The notes beneath the pieces were generated by a model that was not told the DNA's origin, searched no databases, and was given only the letters and a program-made list of their open reading frames with translations. Source: a virus (Duplodnaviria > Heunggongvirae > Uroviricota > Caudoviricetes). From it: a DNA stretch of 27,516 nucleotides. Where the stretch lies: IMG/VR virus record IMGVR_UViG_2563366923_000009; one strand, given 5' to 3'. Position numbers and translations under genes: made by a program. This document shows positions 1 to 10,957 of the stretch, in pieces; the stretch's first letter is position 1, and each line of letters begins with the position of its first letter.

Positions 1-1284
1 TTACAGACTTCTGGAAGGTTGCGCAGCTCTTACAACACGCGGTTGATCTTCCGCAGCGTCTTCCAGCGCACTTAAATCACGGTCTTTCACCTCTGGCATT
101 TTCAGCGCAGAGATTAAACCAATCACTGAATATGCCATGATCATAATGGCGATCGGATACCAGGATTCCGTCATGGTGCAGAAAATACCCGCCAGGATAG
201 GACCAAAACCGGAAGCGATAAGACCACCAATTTCTTTAGAAATAGCCATCCGGGTAAAGCGGTTTTTACAGCCGAACATTTCTGCCATGGTAATGTTTTC
301 CAGAGCAAATAATCCCAGCACCGCACAGTTATGAATCACAATCAGTGCAACCATAATGGTGCTCGGGGCATAGCTTTTATCTACAATGATAGAAAGCATT
401 GGCCATGCCAGCACAATCGCGGAGGTATTCATAATAATATACGGGATCCGGCGACCAATTTTATCGGATAACCAACCAAGGAACGGAATGGTCATAAAGC
501 CGAGAATCGAACTGATCATCAATGCATCTGTTGGAATTGCTTTGTTAAACAATAACGTCTGCACTAAATAGCCTGCAAGGAAAGTCTGAATTAACCCGGA
601 GTTACCCGCCTGACCAAAACGCAGCCCTGTTGCCAGCCAGAAGGATTTGCTCTGGAACATGCTACCAGCAGGTGCAGGTTTTGCTGTCGGTTGGTTACTG
701 TCGTTAACCTTCTCAAAGACCGGGCTTTCTTTCAGATTCATACGCAACCAGATAGCAAAGACCATCACGACAACGCTCGCCAGGAACGGTATACGCCATC
801 CCCACGCCAGCAGTTCCTCTTTACTGAGAATGAAGAACATAAAGGCCCAGATTGCCGTTGCGCTCAAGGTTCCGCAGTTAGTTCCCATAGCCACAAATGA
901 GGAGATAATTCCGCGCTTACCTTTTGGCGCATATTCCGCCAGCATCGTACCGGCACCGGAAATTTCCGCACCTGCACCCAACCCCTGAATAATACGCAAC
1001 GTCACCAGCAAGATGGGTGCAAAAACACCAATCTGTGCATAGGTCGGTAACACACCAATTAAGGTGGTACAGATCCCCATCATGGTGATGGTAATAAAGA
1101 GCACTTTTTTACGCCCTATTCTGTCGCCCATTTTGCCGAAAATAAATGCTCCGACAATACGCGCCACATAACCTGCACCGTAGGTTCCCATTGCCAGAAT
1201 TAACGCCATTGCCGTTGATGATTCAGGAAAAAATATTTCATGAAACACTAACGCTGCGCCGAGCGAATATAACTGGAAATCCAT
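1..1284 (-). CDS. ydfJ: MHS-family MFS transporter (ShiA/ProP/KgtP-like), apparently N-terminally truncated at the prophage junction
   Basis: 427-aa ORF with 11-12 hydrophobic segments and a GxxxDRxGRK loop; the N-terminus (MDFQLYSLGAALVF) begins inside what is TM1 in ShiA/ProP (WYDFxLYG), so about 25-30 N-terminal residues and the native promoter are missing. Confidence 0.85.
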   Translation of the reverse strand: MDFQLYSLGAALVFHEIFFPESSTAMALILAMGTYGAGYVARIVGAFIFGKMGDRIGRKKVLFITITMMGICTTLIGVLPTYAQIGVFAPILLVTLRIIQGLGAGAEISGAGTMLAEYAPKGKRGIISSFVAMGTNCGTLSATAIWAFMFFILSKEELLAWGWRIPFLASVVVMVFAIWLRMNLKESPVFEKVNDSNQPTAKPAPAGSMFQSKSFWLATGLRFGQAGNSGLIQTFLAGYLVQTLLFNKAIPTDALMISSILGFMTIPFLGWLSDKIGRRIPYIIMNTSAIVLAWPMLSIIVDKSYAPSTIMVALIVIHNCAVLGLFALENITMAEMFGCKNRFTRMAISKEIGGLIASGFGPILAGIFCTMTESWYPIAIMIMAYSVIGLISALKMPEVKDRDLSALEDAAEDQPRVVRAAQPSRSL

Positions 1285-1528
1285 AATTCACAGGTGTTTT
1301 TTCCCATCCTGTGGTTTCCTTGGCGTTTTCTAGGTTTTTTCAGATAGTTGCATTTTTTAAAAAGCATCCTAAGTTCGATCTCAGTGTCTATCTGGGGCCT
1401 ATTTCTGTCCCATATATGCCCCAAAAAAAACTCCCCAACAGATAAGTAGTTTTTTCATGGATTTATGCGTAAAATCAAGAACGGCTGGAAATCATTCAAT
1501 ACTCACACTATCGAAAAATTTACCAGCC

Positions 1529-1570
1529 AACCGCAGCACGTTCTTGCATAAGGCGTGTCTGCGGTTTTTC
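1529..1570 (+). terminator. Candidate intrinsic terminator (imperfect 12-bp stem with T-run) in the junction region
   Basis: aaccgcagcacg...cgtgtctgcggtt followed by tttttc. Confidence 0.35.
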
Positions 1571-2070
1571 AACTATTCAGATACATCACTCCCATCACAT
1601 TCATTCCTCCGCATCAAAGGCATATAGGCTATATCACCTTGATATTTTTCTTTTTCAGATAAAAACTGTTATCTATGTATACTTTTAAACCCAATCCGTG
1701 TAGAGTCTCTGCATAAGATAGTTTACAGTTGCCGCTTCAGCTTGCGCCATAAACCGCCTGATTTTTGCTGCCACCTGTTAGCATTCCTGTATACCTGAAA
1801 CGACAATGTTTATCTACGAACTTTAAGAACACCCAAGATAAAAATTGTCAACTATATCATATATAACACATTACTAATTCGAGGCTATATGAACAGCATA
1901 CTGATAATCACATCTCTCCTTATCATATTCAGCATTTTTAGTCATGCCCTAATAAAATTAGGGATTGGCATATCCAATAACCCAGACAAAACCGATGTAT
2001 AAGTCAACATATCCTGAATCAGACATACAATATCGCAATGAAAATCAATAATATTTTAAGGAATATCTTC

Positions 2071-2304
2071 ATGAAATCAAAAGACACCCTAAAGTGGTTC
2101 CCTGCGCAGCTTCCTGAAGTAAGAATTATCCTAGGGGATGCTGTAGTGGAAGTAGCAAAACAGGGAAGACCTATCAATACCAGAACATTGCTTGATTACA
2201 TTGAAGGAAACATAAAGAAAAAATCATGGCTGGATAACAAAGAATTATTACAAACAGCGATATCAGTTCTTAAAGACAACCAAAATTTAAATGGTAAAAT
2301 GTAA
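2071..2304 (+). CDS. ydfK: Small prophage protein of the YdfK/YnaE family (77 aa)
   Basis: ORF 2038..2304; the internal ATG at 2071 has an AAGGA Shine-Dalgarno 6 nt upstream; sequence MKSKDTLKWFPAQLPEV recalled as YdfK. Confidence 0.7.
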   Translation: MKSKDTLKWFPAQLPEVRIILGDAVVEVAKQGRPINTRTLLDYIEGNIKKKSWLDNKELLQTAISVLKDNQNLNGKM

Positions 2305-2620
2305 TATAATAAACTTACTTTTTTATCATTTTTCCACTTTAACAACATTTTGCTCCACTTTTCCACGACCAAACAACTTGAAATCTGGTTAAAATAACAC
2401 GCAACACTATTCTTCTTCCTTGAGTCCGCCCGGAACTCGAAAAACAAACCGAGTTAAAGCCATTTTTCACAAAATCGATTTTGGGTCTCACCAAAATTAC
2501 GGGGTTGCATACGCATTCGTTTATTTTCGAACGTGTACATACAAATATGCACAAAAATAATCATAATTATTTTCTGAGATGCATTATGATATGAACACCA
2601 ATTTCGTATAGAGTCTCACT

Positions 2621-3211
2621 ATGTCTCGAATTTTTGCTTACTGTCGGATATCAACGCTGGATCAGACCACCGAAAATCAACGCCGGGAAATCGAAAGTGC
2701 AGGTTTTAAAATCAAACCTCAGCAAATAATCGAAGAACACATTAGCGGCTCAGCAGCAACCAGTGAGCGTCCTGGTTTTAACCGGTTGCTTGCTCGCCTG
2801 AAATGTGGTGATCAATTGATTGTGACAAAACTGGATCGCCTTGGTTGTAATGCAATGGATATCAGGAAAACAGTGGAACAACTGACCGAAACAGGTATCA
2901 GAGTGCATTGCTTAGCATTGGGTGGCATTGACCTGACCAGTCCAACAGGAAAAATGATGATGCAAGTAATTTCAGCAGTCGCTGAATTTGAACGAGACCT
3001 TTTACTTGAACGCACTCATTCCGGGATAGTAAGAGCCCGCGGCGCAGGGAAACGTTTTGGTCGACCACCTGTGTTAAATGAAGAACAGAAACAGGTGGTA
3101 TTCGAACGAATTAAGTCAGGTGTAAGTATAAGTGCCATTGCCCGGGAATTCAAAACCTCGCGGCAAACCATTTTAAGAGCCAAAGCAAAACTTCAGACAC
3201 CTGACATATAA
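2621..3211 (+). CDS. pinQ: Serine recombinase, DNA invertase (Pin/Gin/Cin/Hin family)
   Basis: 196 aa; N-terminal catalytic motif [11 protein letters not shown] (active-site Ser), C-terminal HTH; typical invertase size. Confidence 0.9.
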
Positions 3212-3308
3212 AAAATAATCTCGGTGTGAGATGCTTTACGTCTTCCAAGCCCCCTTCCTTGCCGTAAATGGAAAGATACATCTAATTATAGAATTTATAT
3301 GTTTTACC

Positions 3309-3884
3309 CTACGGCAGTGCTGGCCATTCAATATCCTGTGCAGTTGACGTATCAACACGGTTCAGCAATACCCGATACTTTTTCCATGCTTCCAGCAACG
3401 AGATTTCTTCCTCCGTTGCAATTTCCAGATCTGCAGCATCCTGAAGCGGCGCAATATGCTCACTGGCTACCTGCATCAGGTTGTTTTTTGTTTCTTCCGC
3501 CTCCCGGATCCGGAACAGTTTTTCTGCTTCCGTATCCTTCACCCAGGCTGTGCCGTTCCACTTCTGAAACTCCCCTTCCGGCGATAACCAGGTAACATTT
3601 TCCGGTAACGGACCGAGTTCAGAAATAAATAACGCGTCGCCGGAAGCCACGTCATAAACCGTTTTACCCCGATGATCTTCAACGAGATGCCACGATGACT
3701 CATCACTGTTGAAAACAGCCACGAAGCCAGCCGGAATATCTGGCGGTGCAATATCGGTACTGTTTGCTGGCAGACCTGTATGAGGCGGAATATATGCATC
3801 ACCTTCACCAATAAATTCATTAGTTCCGGCCAGCAGATTATAAATTTTTATGGTCCGTGGTTGTTCACTCATTCTGAATGCCAT
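3309..3884 (-). CDS. tfaQ: Tail fiber assembly protein (Tfa)
   Basis: 191 aa, start overlaps the stop of the upstream stf-like ORF; Tfa-like sequence, directly 3' of the tail-fiber C-terminal domain. Confidence 0.85.
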
Positions 3885-4897
3885 TATGCAAGCCTCACAA
3901 TATAGTTAAATGCGATGTTTTTGACGGTGTTTTCCGCGTTACCAGCAGCGTTAACGGTGATGGTGTGTCCATGTGAACCAATCGCAACGGAGTGCGTATG
4001 AGCACCAATACCGACAGTATGCGCGTGTGCACCTGCAGATGCTGCTGTGCCGGACAGTGAGTGGCTATGATTACCATCTGTACTGGTATTAGCTAACCAC
4101 CCCGTAGACATACCTACTGAGCCTTGTACACCCCAGGTATTTTGACCTGAGCTTGTATAACCATATTGATAAGTATCTTTAAAAACACTGGGGTTAAATC
4201 GACGGCCATCTCTATGGCTGTGATTACCAGCTGCATTCGTGCTGCCACTTAAACTATGGGTATGCGCACCAGTGTTATTCGTGGATTTAGTGCCGTAATC
4301 AAACGACGATGTGGTTTTCGTCCCCAAATCCGTACTGGATGCGCTGGCGCTGTGGGTATGCGATTTAATGCCGTCCTGTTCCTGAGACAATACGGCCCGA
4401 CCACTGGCAGGTTTGCCCTTAATCGTCCAGCCACGCATATCCACCTCAACCGGATCGAAGGCTTCACCGGTCATGGTGTATTTGCCCTTAAGCACGGCAG
4501 AAACTGCCTGCATCTCTTCGACCTGAGCAATGGCCAGCTCTTCGTCACGCATGTTCTGCATGATGATGCGACGGCGGCGGTAAGCCGGGTCCGCCAGATT
4601 CTGCGGATCTTCATCCGGCAGGCGACGCAGGGTCATCTGCGGATTCACTTCATGCTTCGGCTTGACATATCCCGGCGTAAATTCAGAGGTGGAGCCGCCA
4701 CGGGAACGGATAACCTCACCGGAAACAATCGGCGAAACGTACAGCGCCATGTTTACCAGTCCCGGAATTTGTGAGAGATAGACTTTCTCCGTGGTGAAGG
4801 GATAGCTCTCACGGAAAAAGAGACGCAGAAACAGCGGATCAAACTTAAATTTCTGCTCATTTGCCGCCAGCAGCTGGGCGGTTGTGTACATCGACAT
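3884..4897 (-). CDS. stfQ: Chimeric ORF: lambda major capsid protein E N-terminal ~154 aa fused in frame to a side-tail-fiber C-terminal domain
   Basis: N-terminus [40 protein letters not shown]...[10 protein letters not shown] matches lambda gpE as recalled; from about nt 4435 the sequence becomes a Gly/Ser/Thr/His-rich HTHS/HSHS repeat domain ending [11 protein letters not shown], typical of Stf C-termini. Start taken at MSMYTT (4897). Confidence 0.75.
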
Positions 4898-4910
4898 AAA
4901 AAAATCCCGT

Positions 4911-4931
4911 AAAAAAAGCCGCACAGGCGGC
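4911..4931 (-). terminator. Hairpin plus T7 run between the Nu1-like gene and the E-stf start
   Basis: Minus strand gccgcctgtgcggc followed by ttttttt; sits immediately upstream of the ATG at 4897. Confidence 0.4.
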
Positions 4932-4933
4932 CT

Positions 4934-5470
4934 TTAGTGATGAAGGGTAAAGTTAAACGATGCTGTCAGTTCATCCAGCGCGGCTGCTTTGTTCATGGCT
5001 TTGATGATATCCCGTTTCAGGAAATCAACATGTCGGTTTTCCAGTTCCGGAAAACGCCGCTGCACCGACAGGGGGATCCCGTCGAGAATACTGGCAATTT
5101 CACCTGCGATCCGCGACAGCACGAAAGTACAGAATGCGGTTTCCACCACTTCAGCGGAGTCTCTGGCATTTTTCAGCTCCTGTGCGTCGGCCTGCGCACG
5201 CGTAAGTCGATGGTGTTCGTACTCAATAGTCCCTGGCTGGAGATCTGTCTCGCTGGCCCGCCGCAGTTCTTCAACTTCCCGGCGCAGCTTTTCGTTCTCA
5301 ATTTCAGCATCCCTTTCGGCATACCATCTTATAACGGCGGCAGAGTCATAAAGCACCTCATTACCCTTGCCACCGCCTCGCAGAACGGGCATTCCCTGTT
5401 CCTGCCAGTTCTGAATGGTACGGATACTCGCACCGAAAATGTCAGCCAGCTGCTTTTTGTTGACTTCCAT
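4934..5470 (-). CDS. nohQ: Terminase small subunit Nu1 homolog, C-terminally altered
   Basis: 178 aa, near-identical to lambda Nu1 (MEVNKKQLADIFGASIRTIQNWQEQGMPVLRGGGKGNEVLYDSAAV...) up to about residue 168, then a divergent tail TASFNFTLHH. Confidence 0.9.
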   Translation of the reverse strand: MEVNKKQLADIFGASIRTIQNWQEQGMPVLRGGGKGNEVLYDSAAVIRWYAERDAEIENEKLRREVEELRRASETDLQPGTIEYEHHRLTRAQADAQELKNARDSAEVVETAFCTFVLSRIAGEIASILDGIPLSVQRRFPELENRHVDFLKRDIIKAMNKAAALDELTASFNFTLHH

Positions 5471-5700
5471 TGTTCATTCCACGGCCAAAAACAGAGAAAG
5501 GAAACGACAGAGGCCCAAAAGTTCGTTTTCAGCACCTGTCGTTTCCTTTCTTTTTAGGGGGTATTTTAAATAAAAACATTAAGTTACGACGAAGAAGAAC
5601 GGAAACGCCTTAAACCGGAAAATTTTCATAAATAGCGAAAACCCGCGAGGTCGCCGCCCCGTAACCTGTCGGATCACCGGAAAGGACCCGTAAAGTGATA
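5471..5700 (-). other. Lambda-type cos site (cosB, cosN, cosQ region); cosN 12-nt cohesive end at 5648..5659
   Basis: Reverse complement of 5641..5670 reads GACAGGTTACG followed by GGGCGGCGACCT and CGCGGGTTTTCGCTATTTATGAAAATTTTCCGG, i.e. the lambda right-end/left-end junction as recalled, located directly upstream of the Nu1 start as in lambda. Confidence 0.85.
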
Positions 5701-5858
5701 ATGATTATCATCTACATATCACAACGTGCGTGGAGGCCATCAAACCACGTCAAATAATCAATTATGACGCAGGTATCGTATTAATTGATCTGCATCAACT
5801 TAACGTAAAAACAACTTCAGACAATACAAATCAGCGACACTGAATACGGGGCAACCTC

Positions 5859-6092
5859 ATGTCAACGAAGAACAGAACCCGCAGAACAACAACCCGCAAC
5901 ATCCGCTTTCCTAACCAAATGATTGAACAAATTAACATCGCTCTTGAGCAAAAAGGGTCCGGGAATTTCTCAGCCTGGGTCATTGAAGCCTGCCGCCGGA
6001 GACTGTGCTCAGAAAAAAGAGTTTCTTCTGAAGCAAACAAAGAAAAGAGTGACATTACTGAATTGCTCAGAAAACAGGTCAGACCAGATTGA
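5859..6092 (+). CDS. ynfO: Small basic prophage protein (77 aa)
   Basis: ORF with Arg/Thr-rich N-terminus; position between cos and ydfO matches Qin gene order as recalled. Confidence 0.55.
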   Translation: MSTKNRTRRTTTRNIRFPNQMIEQINIALEQKGSGNFSAWVIEACRRRLCSEKRVSSEANKEKSDITELLRKQVRPD

Positions 6093-6149
6093 AGCAATTT
6101 AGATAATCGTGCAGACTACGCCCCCTCATATCACATGGAAGGTTTATCT

Positions 6150-6509
6150 ATGGATCAGGTAGTCATTTTTAAACAAATATTTGATAAAGTTCGAAACGAT
6201 TTAAACTATCAATGGTTTTATTCTGAGCTAAAACGTCACAATGTCTCACATTACATTTACTATTTAGCCACAGAGAATGTTCATATTGTATTAAAAAATG
6301 ATAATACAGTGTTATTAAAGGGCCTAAAAAACATTGTGTCTGTCAAATTTTCAAAGGATAGGCATCTTATAGAAACGACCTCTAATAAGCTGAAATCCAG
6401 AGAGATCACATTTCAGGAATACAGAAGAAACCTTGCTAAAGCAGGAGTTTTTCGGTGGGTTACAAATATCCACGAACAAAAAAGATATTACTATACCTTT
6501 GATAATTAA
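6150..6509 (+). CDS. ydfO: DUF1398-family prophage protein
   Basis: ORF 6135..6509; the second ATG (6150) has a GGAAGG Shine-Dalgarno; recalled similarity to YdfO/YbcV-type proteins. Confidence 0.6.
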
Positions 6510-6711
6510 TTACTATTTACTGAAAGCATCCAGAAAACTACACAGATCTTACCACGCTAAACCATAACGTCCGGCTTCTCTCACTCCTGAGCCGGACTGC
6601 ATTGGTTTAATAAAAACCATCAACAATTGTGATTTAGATATTCGGAACCATTCAAATATAACAAAACCCCGTAAAAACGAGGTTTATGGATAAATTTTAT
6701 TATTGAATACA

Positions 6712-6885
6712 TCAGATTAAATTAATCTTGACATCATAGCTTTCAAGACCCGTCATTTTTTCCCGTGCGGTAAACTGAATACTGGTAACTTCTTTCCCGG
6801 TCTTTTTCTTAAGTTCAATAATTTTTTTTGTTATATATTCAGAAATATCTGCTTCTGCTTTTGTTTTTAAGTTTTCAATATTCAT
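6712..6885 (-). CDS. gnsB: GnsA/GnsB-family small protein (57 aa)
   Basis: Not in the ORF track (<60 aa); hand translation gives MNIENLKTKAEADISEYITKKIIELKKKTGKEVTSIQFTAREKMTGLESYDVKINLI, with an AGAGGAA Shine-Dalgarno upstream. Confidence 0.8.
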   Translation of the reverse strand: MNIENLKTKAEADISEYITKKIIELKKKTGKEVTSIQFTAREKMTGLESYDVKINLI

Positions 6886-7056
6886 CATTTCCTCTTTTAG
6901 TCTGTTATGACTTTCCAGTTACACAGTAAGTCGATTATATGGTGCAAACGTGTAAAAGATAAGATGAAACATCGCAATAATCAACATACGATAGTCTAAA
7001 TTTTACACAAACAGACAAAGAGAATTTTCCTGAATTATCAATGCAATAGCATCAAA

Positions 7057-7248
7057 TCAACTCAAGAGCCTTATTGCTGCTTCCAGAATTTCTTCTGAAG
7101 TAACATGTCGATCCGCGGCTACATAAATGACTTTATGATCTCCGGTCAGAGATGGAAACCCTGCGGCCATTACAGTAAGGTGTGTTTTTTCGCCATTTGG
7201 ATATTCACGCATGATGGTGTTAACTCCAGTCATCGCTGGCACTACCAC
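7057..7248 (-). CDS. ynfN: Small prophage protein, possibly the YnfN-like cold-shock-induced protein
   Basis: 63-aa ORF immediately downstream of cspI on the same strand; identity by position and recall only. Confidence 0.45.
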   Translation of the reverse strand: MVVPAMTGVNTIMREYPNGEKTHLTVMAAGFPSLTGDHKVIYVAADRHVTSEEILEAAIRLLS

Positions 7249-7557
7249 TGCTGGTTCAGAGTTAAAAAAACTATGATTTTTTTCATGATGTTACCGTAGT
7301 ATGTGAGTATCCATCGAATAGACACCAAGCAAAAAAGCTCCCGAAGGAGCCTTCATTTTCACTTTTTTAAATCCAACGACAGACGGCTGGCATTTAAGTA
7401 TTGTGAAATATTATCAAATGTAATCATCATTGATTTACAAAAGATACATTTTGCCCCGAAAGGATTCATGTCAGAAACATCAAAAGATGATGTTCTATAC
7501 TGGGAACCATGACAACACGGGCATCTAAAGTGAATATGGTTTGTAATATTGTCTACC

Positions 7558-7770
7558 TCAAAGCGCCACTACATGAACAGCGGCAGGACCTTTAGGTCCG
7601 TTCTCAATACCAAATTCAACTTCCTGATTCTCAGTTAATGTTTTGAAATCGTTGCTCTGAATTGCTGAGAAATGGACAAACACATCTTTGCTGCCATCTT
7701 TCGGCGTGATGAAACCAAAACCTTTTTCAGGGTTAAACCATTTCACTAAACCAGTCATTTTGTTAGACAT
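7558..7770 (-). CDS. cspI: Cold-shock protein (CspA family)
   Basis: 70 aa with [15 protein letters not shown] and VFVHFSAI motifs (RNP1/RNP2). Confidence 0.9.
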   Translation of the reverse strand: MSNKMTGLVKWFNPEKGFGFITPKDGSKDVFVHFSAIQSNDFKTLTENQEVEFGIENGPKGPAAVHVVAL

Positions 7771-8132
7771 AATTATTACCTTTTGAAGAAATTAGCCCTT
7801 GGGCAGAATGGTCCGAAAAAAAATATCAGAGAGAAAAACCAACAAGGAAATCTCAAGAGGTACAAATAATAAAATTATAACAATGACTGCTTCAGATAAA
7901 TTTGTAACAAACCAGAACACCATTAACGCATGATTAACCACCCATAGCAAGGATTACTTTTGTAAAGAAAAACACAGCAATGAAAGAATAGCTTTATTTA
8001 TTAATAAAACGTGTCATTCTGATTAAGACCTTTTATCTTACCCTTAAGATTTCAGGAATTTTGGCTCATGGAAGAGTCCTTTTTATTTAAATTTTACATT
8101 CCGCGATGTAAATGTTCCGATTTAATATTACC

Positions 8133-9156
<1,024 letters not shown>

Positions 9157-9160
<4 letters not shown>

Positions 9161-9468
9161 AGATATTTATGATGAGGACGCTCGTGCTTATTGGCAGGAT
9201 TTTCAATCTTAAAGGAGTACTGATGCTGCAGATAAGACTCAACTTTTTCTGACAATTTTTCTGCTACTTCCAGGAAGACTTGCCGGACGCTCCTTCTGGC
9301 TGCTGCCTCATAAAACTCCAGCGCAGCTCCTTCAACACGGTCCATGGCGACATCCAGGTCAAAAATTTCACCGTCAAAGCGTTCTTTGTCCTGTAAGGCT
9401 ACAGTTACCGTAACTTTATTCTCAAAATTACGGACTCCTTTCACAACCAGTTCATAGTCTTGAGTCAT
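9157..9468 (-). CDS. ydfR: Small lysis-cassette-associated protein
   Basis: 103-aa ORF between the holin and the endolysin, overlapping the rrrQ start by 4 nt. Confidence 0.65.
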
Positions 9469-9472
9469 TGGA

Positions 9473-9688
9473 TTACTCTCCTCTCGCAGCCTTACGCCTG
9501 TCTTCTTTAATCTTGAAATAAAGATTTGTCAGATACGTCAGCAGGCCAAAAACCAGGCTACCCAGCACACCGATTGCAGCCCACTGTGACGGAGTTACTT
9601 TATCGAGTAACTGCAATGCCCAGAAACCAGCATTACCCGCCGATGTGCCATAGGCAACACCTGTTGTTAACTTATCCATTGATTTCAT
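9473..9688 (-). CDS. essQ: Class II holin (pinholin, S21-like) with dual-start motif
   Basis: 71 aa from [26 protein letters not shown]; two TM segments and a charged C-terminus RKAARGE; the Met-Lys-Ser-Met dual start is typical of holin/antiholin pairs. The ORF track shows a longer upstream extension that is unlikely to be used. Confidence 0.85.
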   Translation of the reverse strand: MKSMDKLTTGVAYGTSAGNAGFWALQLLDKVTPSQWAAIGVLGSLVFGLLTYLTNLYFKIKEDRRKAARGE

Positions 9689-9907
9689 ATCCTCACCCCG
9701 ATGTACACGGATGGTGCAATATGTTTGAAAAGATCGGAGTCTACGGGGTAGTTTTGACAGCACACGTTGTTCTCAACGGCGCTAAAAAAACATACACATT
9801 AAAAATGTGGGTAATTATTTTGAAAGAAAGTCATATATAAAATAATAATACGAGAAATGTTTTCATATTTAGTGTACTGTATACGGCCATTTATACAGGA
9901 AAAGCCT

Positions 9908-10078
9908 ATGTCAGAACGTAAAAACTCAAAATCACGCCGTAATTATCTCGTTAAATGTTCCTGCCCAAACTGCACCCAAGAGTCAGAACACAGTTTTTCA
10001 AGAGTACAAAAAGGTGCCCTTTTGATCTGCCCTCATTGCAACAAAGTATTCCAGACAAATCTTAAAGCTGTAGCCTGA
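9908..10078 (+). CDS. ynfU: Small zinc-ribbon protein (CxxC...CxxC), 56 aa
   Basis: MSERKNSKSRRNYLVKCSCPNCTQESEHSFSRVQKGALLICPHCNKVF with two CxxC pairs; AGGAAAAG Shine-Dalgarno; the gene name is a recalled guess. Confidence 0.5.
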   Translation: MSERKNSKSRRNYLVKCSCPNCTQESEHSFSRVQKGALLICPHCNKVFQTNLKAVA

Positions 10079-10140
10079 TTGATTTTATTAGTAACAAGTA
10101 TTTTTTATATTTTAATAATATATTTAAAGCAGATAATAAA

Positions 10141-10160
10141 AAACCCGCCTGAGCGGGTTT
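10141..10160. terminator. GC hairpin flanked by A/T runs (likely bidirectional terminator)
   Basis: aaacccgcctgagcgggttt; T-rich on the minus-strand side. Confidence 0.45.
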
Positions 10161-10441
10161 GAGATTGTGGTGCTTTTTGTGGGAGTCATCCACTTACGCA
10201 CTTTGTTTTGCCATGCCAGCAGTTAGCTTCTGCTGTAAAACTATTCATGCAGCAAACCTGCACTTCACCACAATGGTTAGCATACTTTTCCTGATTAAGA
10301 TTTTGCCAAATATGCTAGCCATTGTTTCATGTATTGGACCTCCTTACTTTTTATTAAAGAGATCCAATATTCACTACTCTGTCCGTATCTCTACTCAGGC
10401 ATCAGCCTTCTTCGTTATCGTATACAGACGAGCGATGAATT

Positions 10442-10657
10442 TTAATCAGTAATGATGACATTTGCTGCTGCAGGACCTTTAGCACCACTCTCTATAGAGA
10501 AGGTAACCTTTTGACCTTCAAATAAGGTTCGATAATTATCATTCTGAATCGCAGAAAAATGCACAAACACATCTTTACTACCATCAACAGGAGAAATAAA
10601 GCCGAAACCTTTATCAGCGTTAAACCATTTTACTAAACCAGTCATTTTATTTGACAT
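10442..10657 (-). CDS. cspB: Cold-shock protein (CspA family)
   Basis: 71 aa, [23 protein letters not shown]...VFVHFSAIQ. Confidence 0.9.
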   Translation of the reverse strand: MSNKMTGLVKWFNADKGFGFISPVDGSKDVFVHFSAIQNDNYRTLFEGQKVTFSIESGAKGPAAANVIITD

Positions 10658-10957
10658 TCTACATTCCTTAACTTGAGCCTTTCGGCATAAATGGTTTGCA
10701 TAACAGAAACGACTTCGTACTTAATTGGAGAGACTCAAAGAAGGAATAAGTGAATAACACCTGAAATGAGAACTGCTTTAGTAAACTACTTCGTATATCG
10801 TCTGTTCTTCAAACCGACGCAATCATTAACGCATAGTTGAACATATGAAGCAATGTTTATTTTAGACATCCAGCCATCTTCAACCCCATCAAAAAACTAT
10901 AGCTTTCTTCAGGAACGTGTGTATAGTGCGCCAAGTTATCAGTATTAAGGAATTTTT

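Noticed and set aside
137-988. Several plus-strand ORFs (65-113 aa) inside the transporter gene
   Set aside because: Entirely antisense to a clearly coding membrane-transporter frame; typical shadow ORFs.
1457-1624. 55-codon plus-strand ORF ahead of the hairpin at 1529..1570
   Set aside because: No Shine-Dalgarno sequence and low-complexity product; the region more likely holds junction or regulatory DNA. The hairpin itself is kept as a low-confidence terminator.
3211-3310. Possible Gin/Pin crossover site (ttccttgccgtaaatggaaagata) between pinQ and tfaQ
   Set aside because: Only loose resemblance to the TTCCTGTAAACC-type half-site, the two halves are not symmetric, and no partner site was found; insufficient to call a recombination site.
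4256-4774. 172-aa plus-strand ORF inside the stf-like gene
   Set aside because: Antisense to the His/Gly-repeat coding region, where repetitive codons keep alternative frames open; no independent support.
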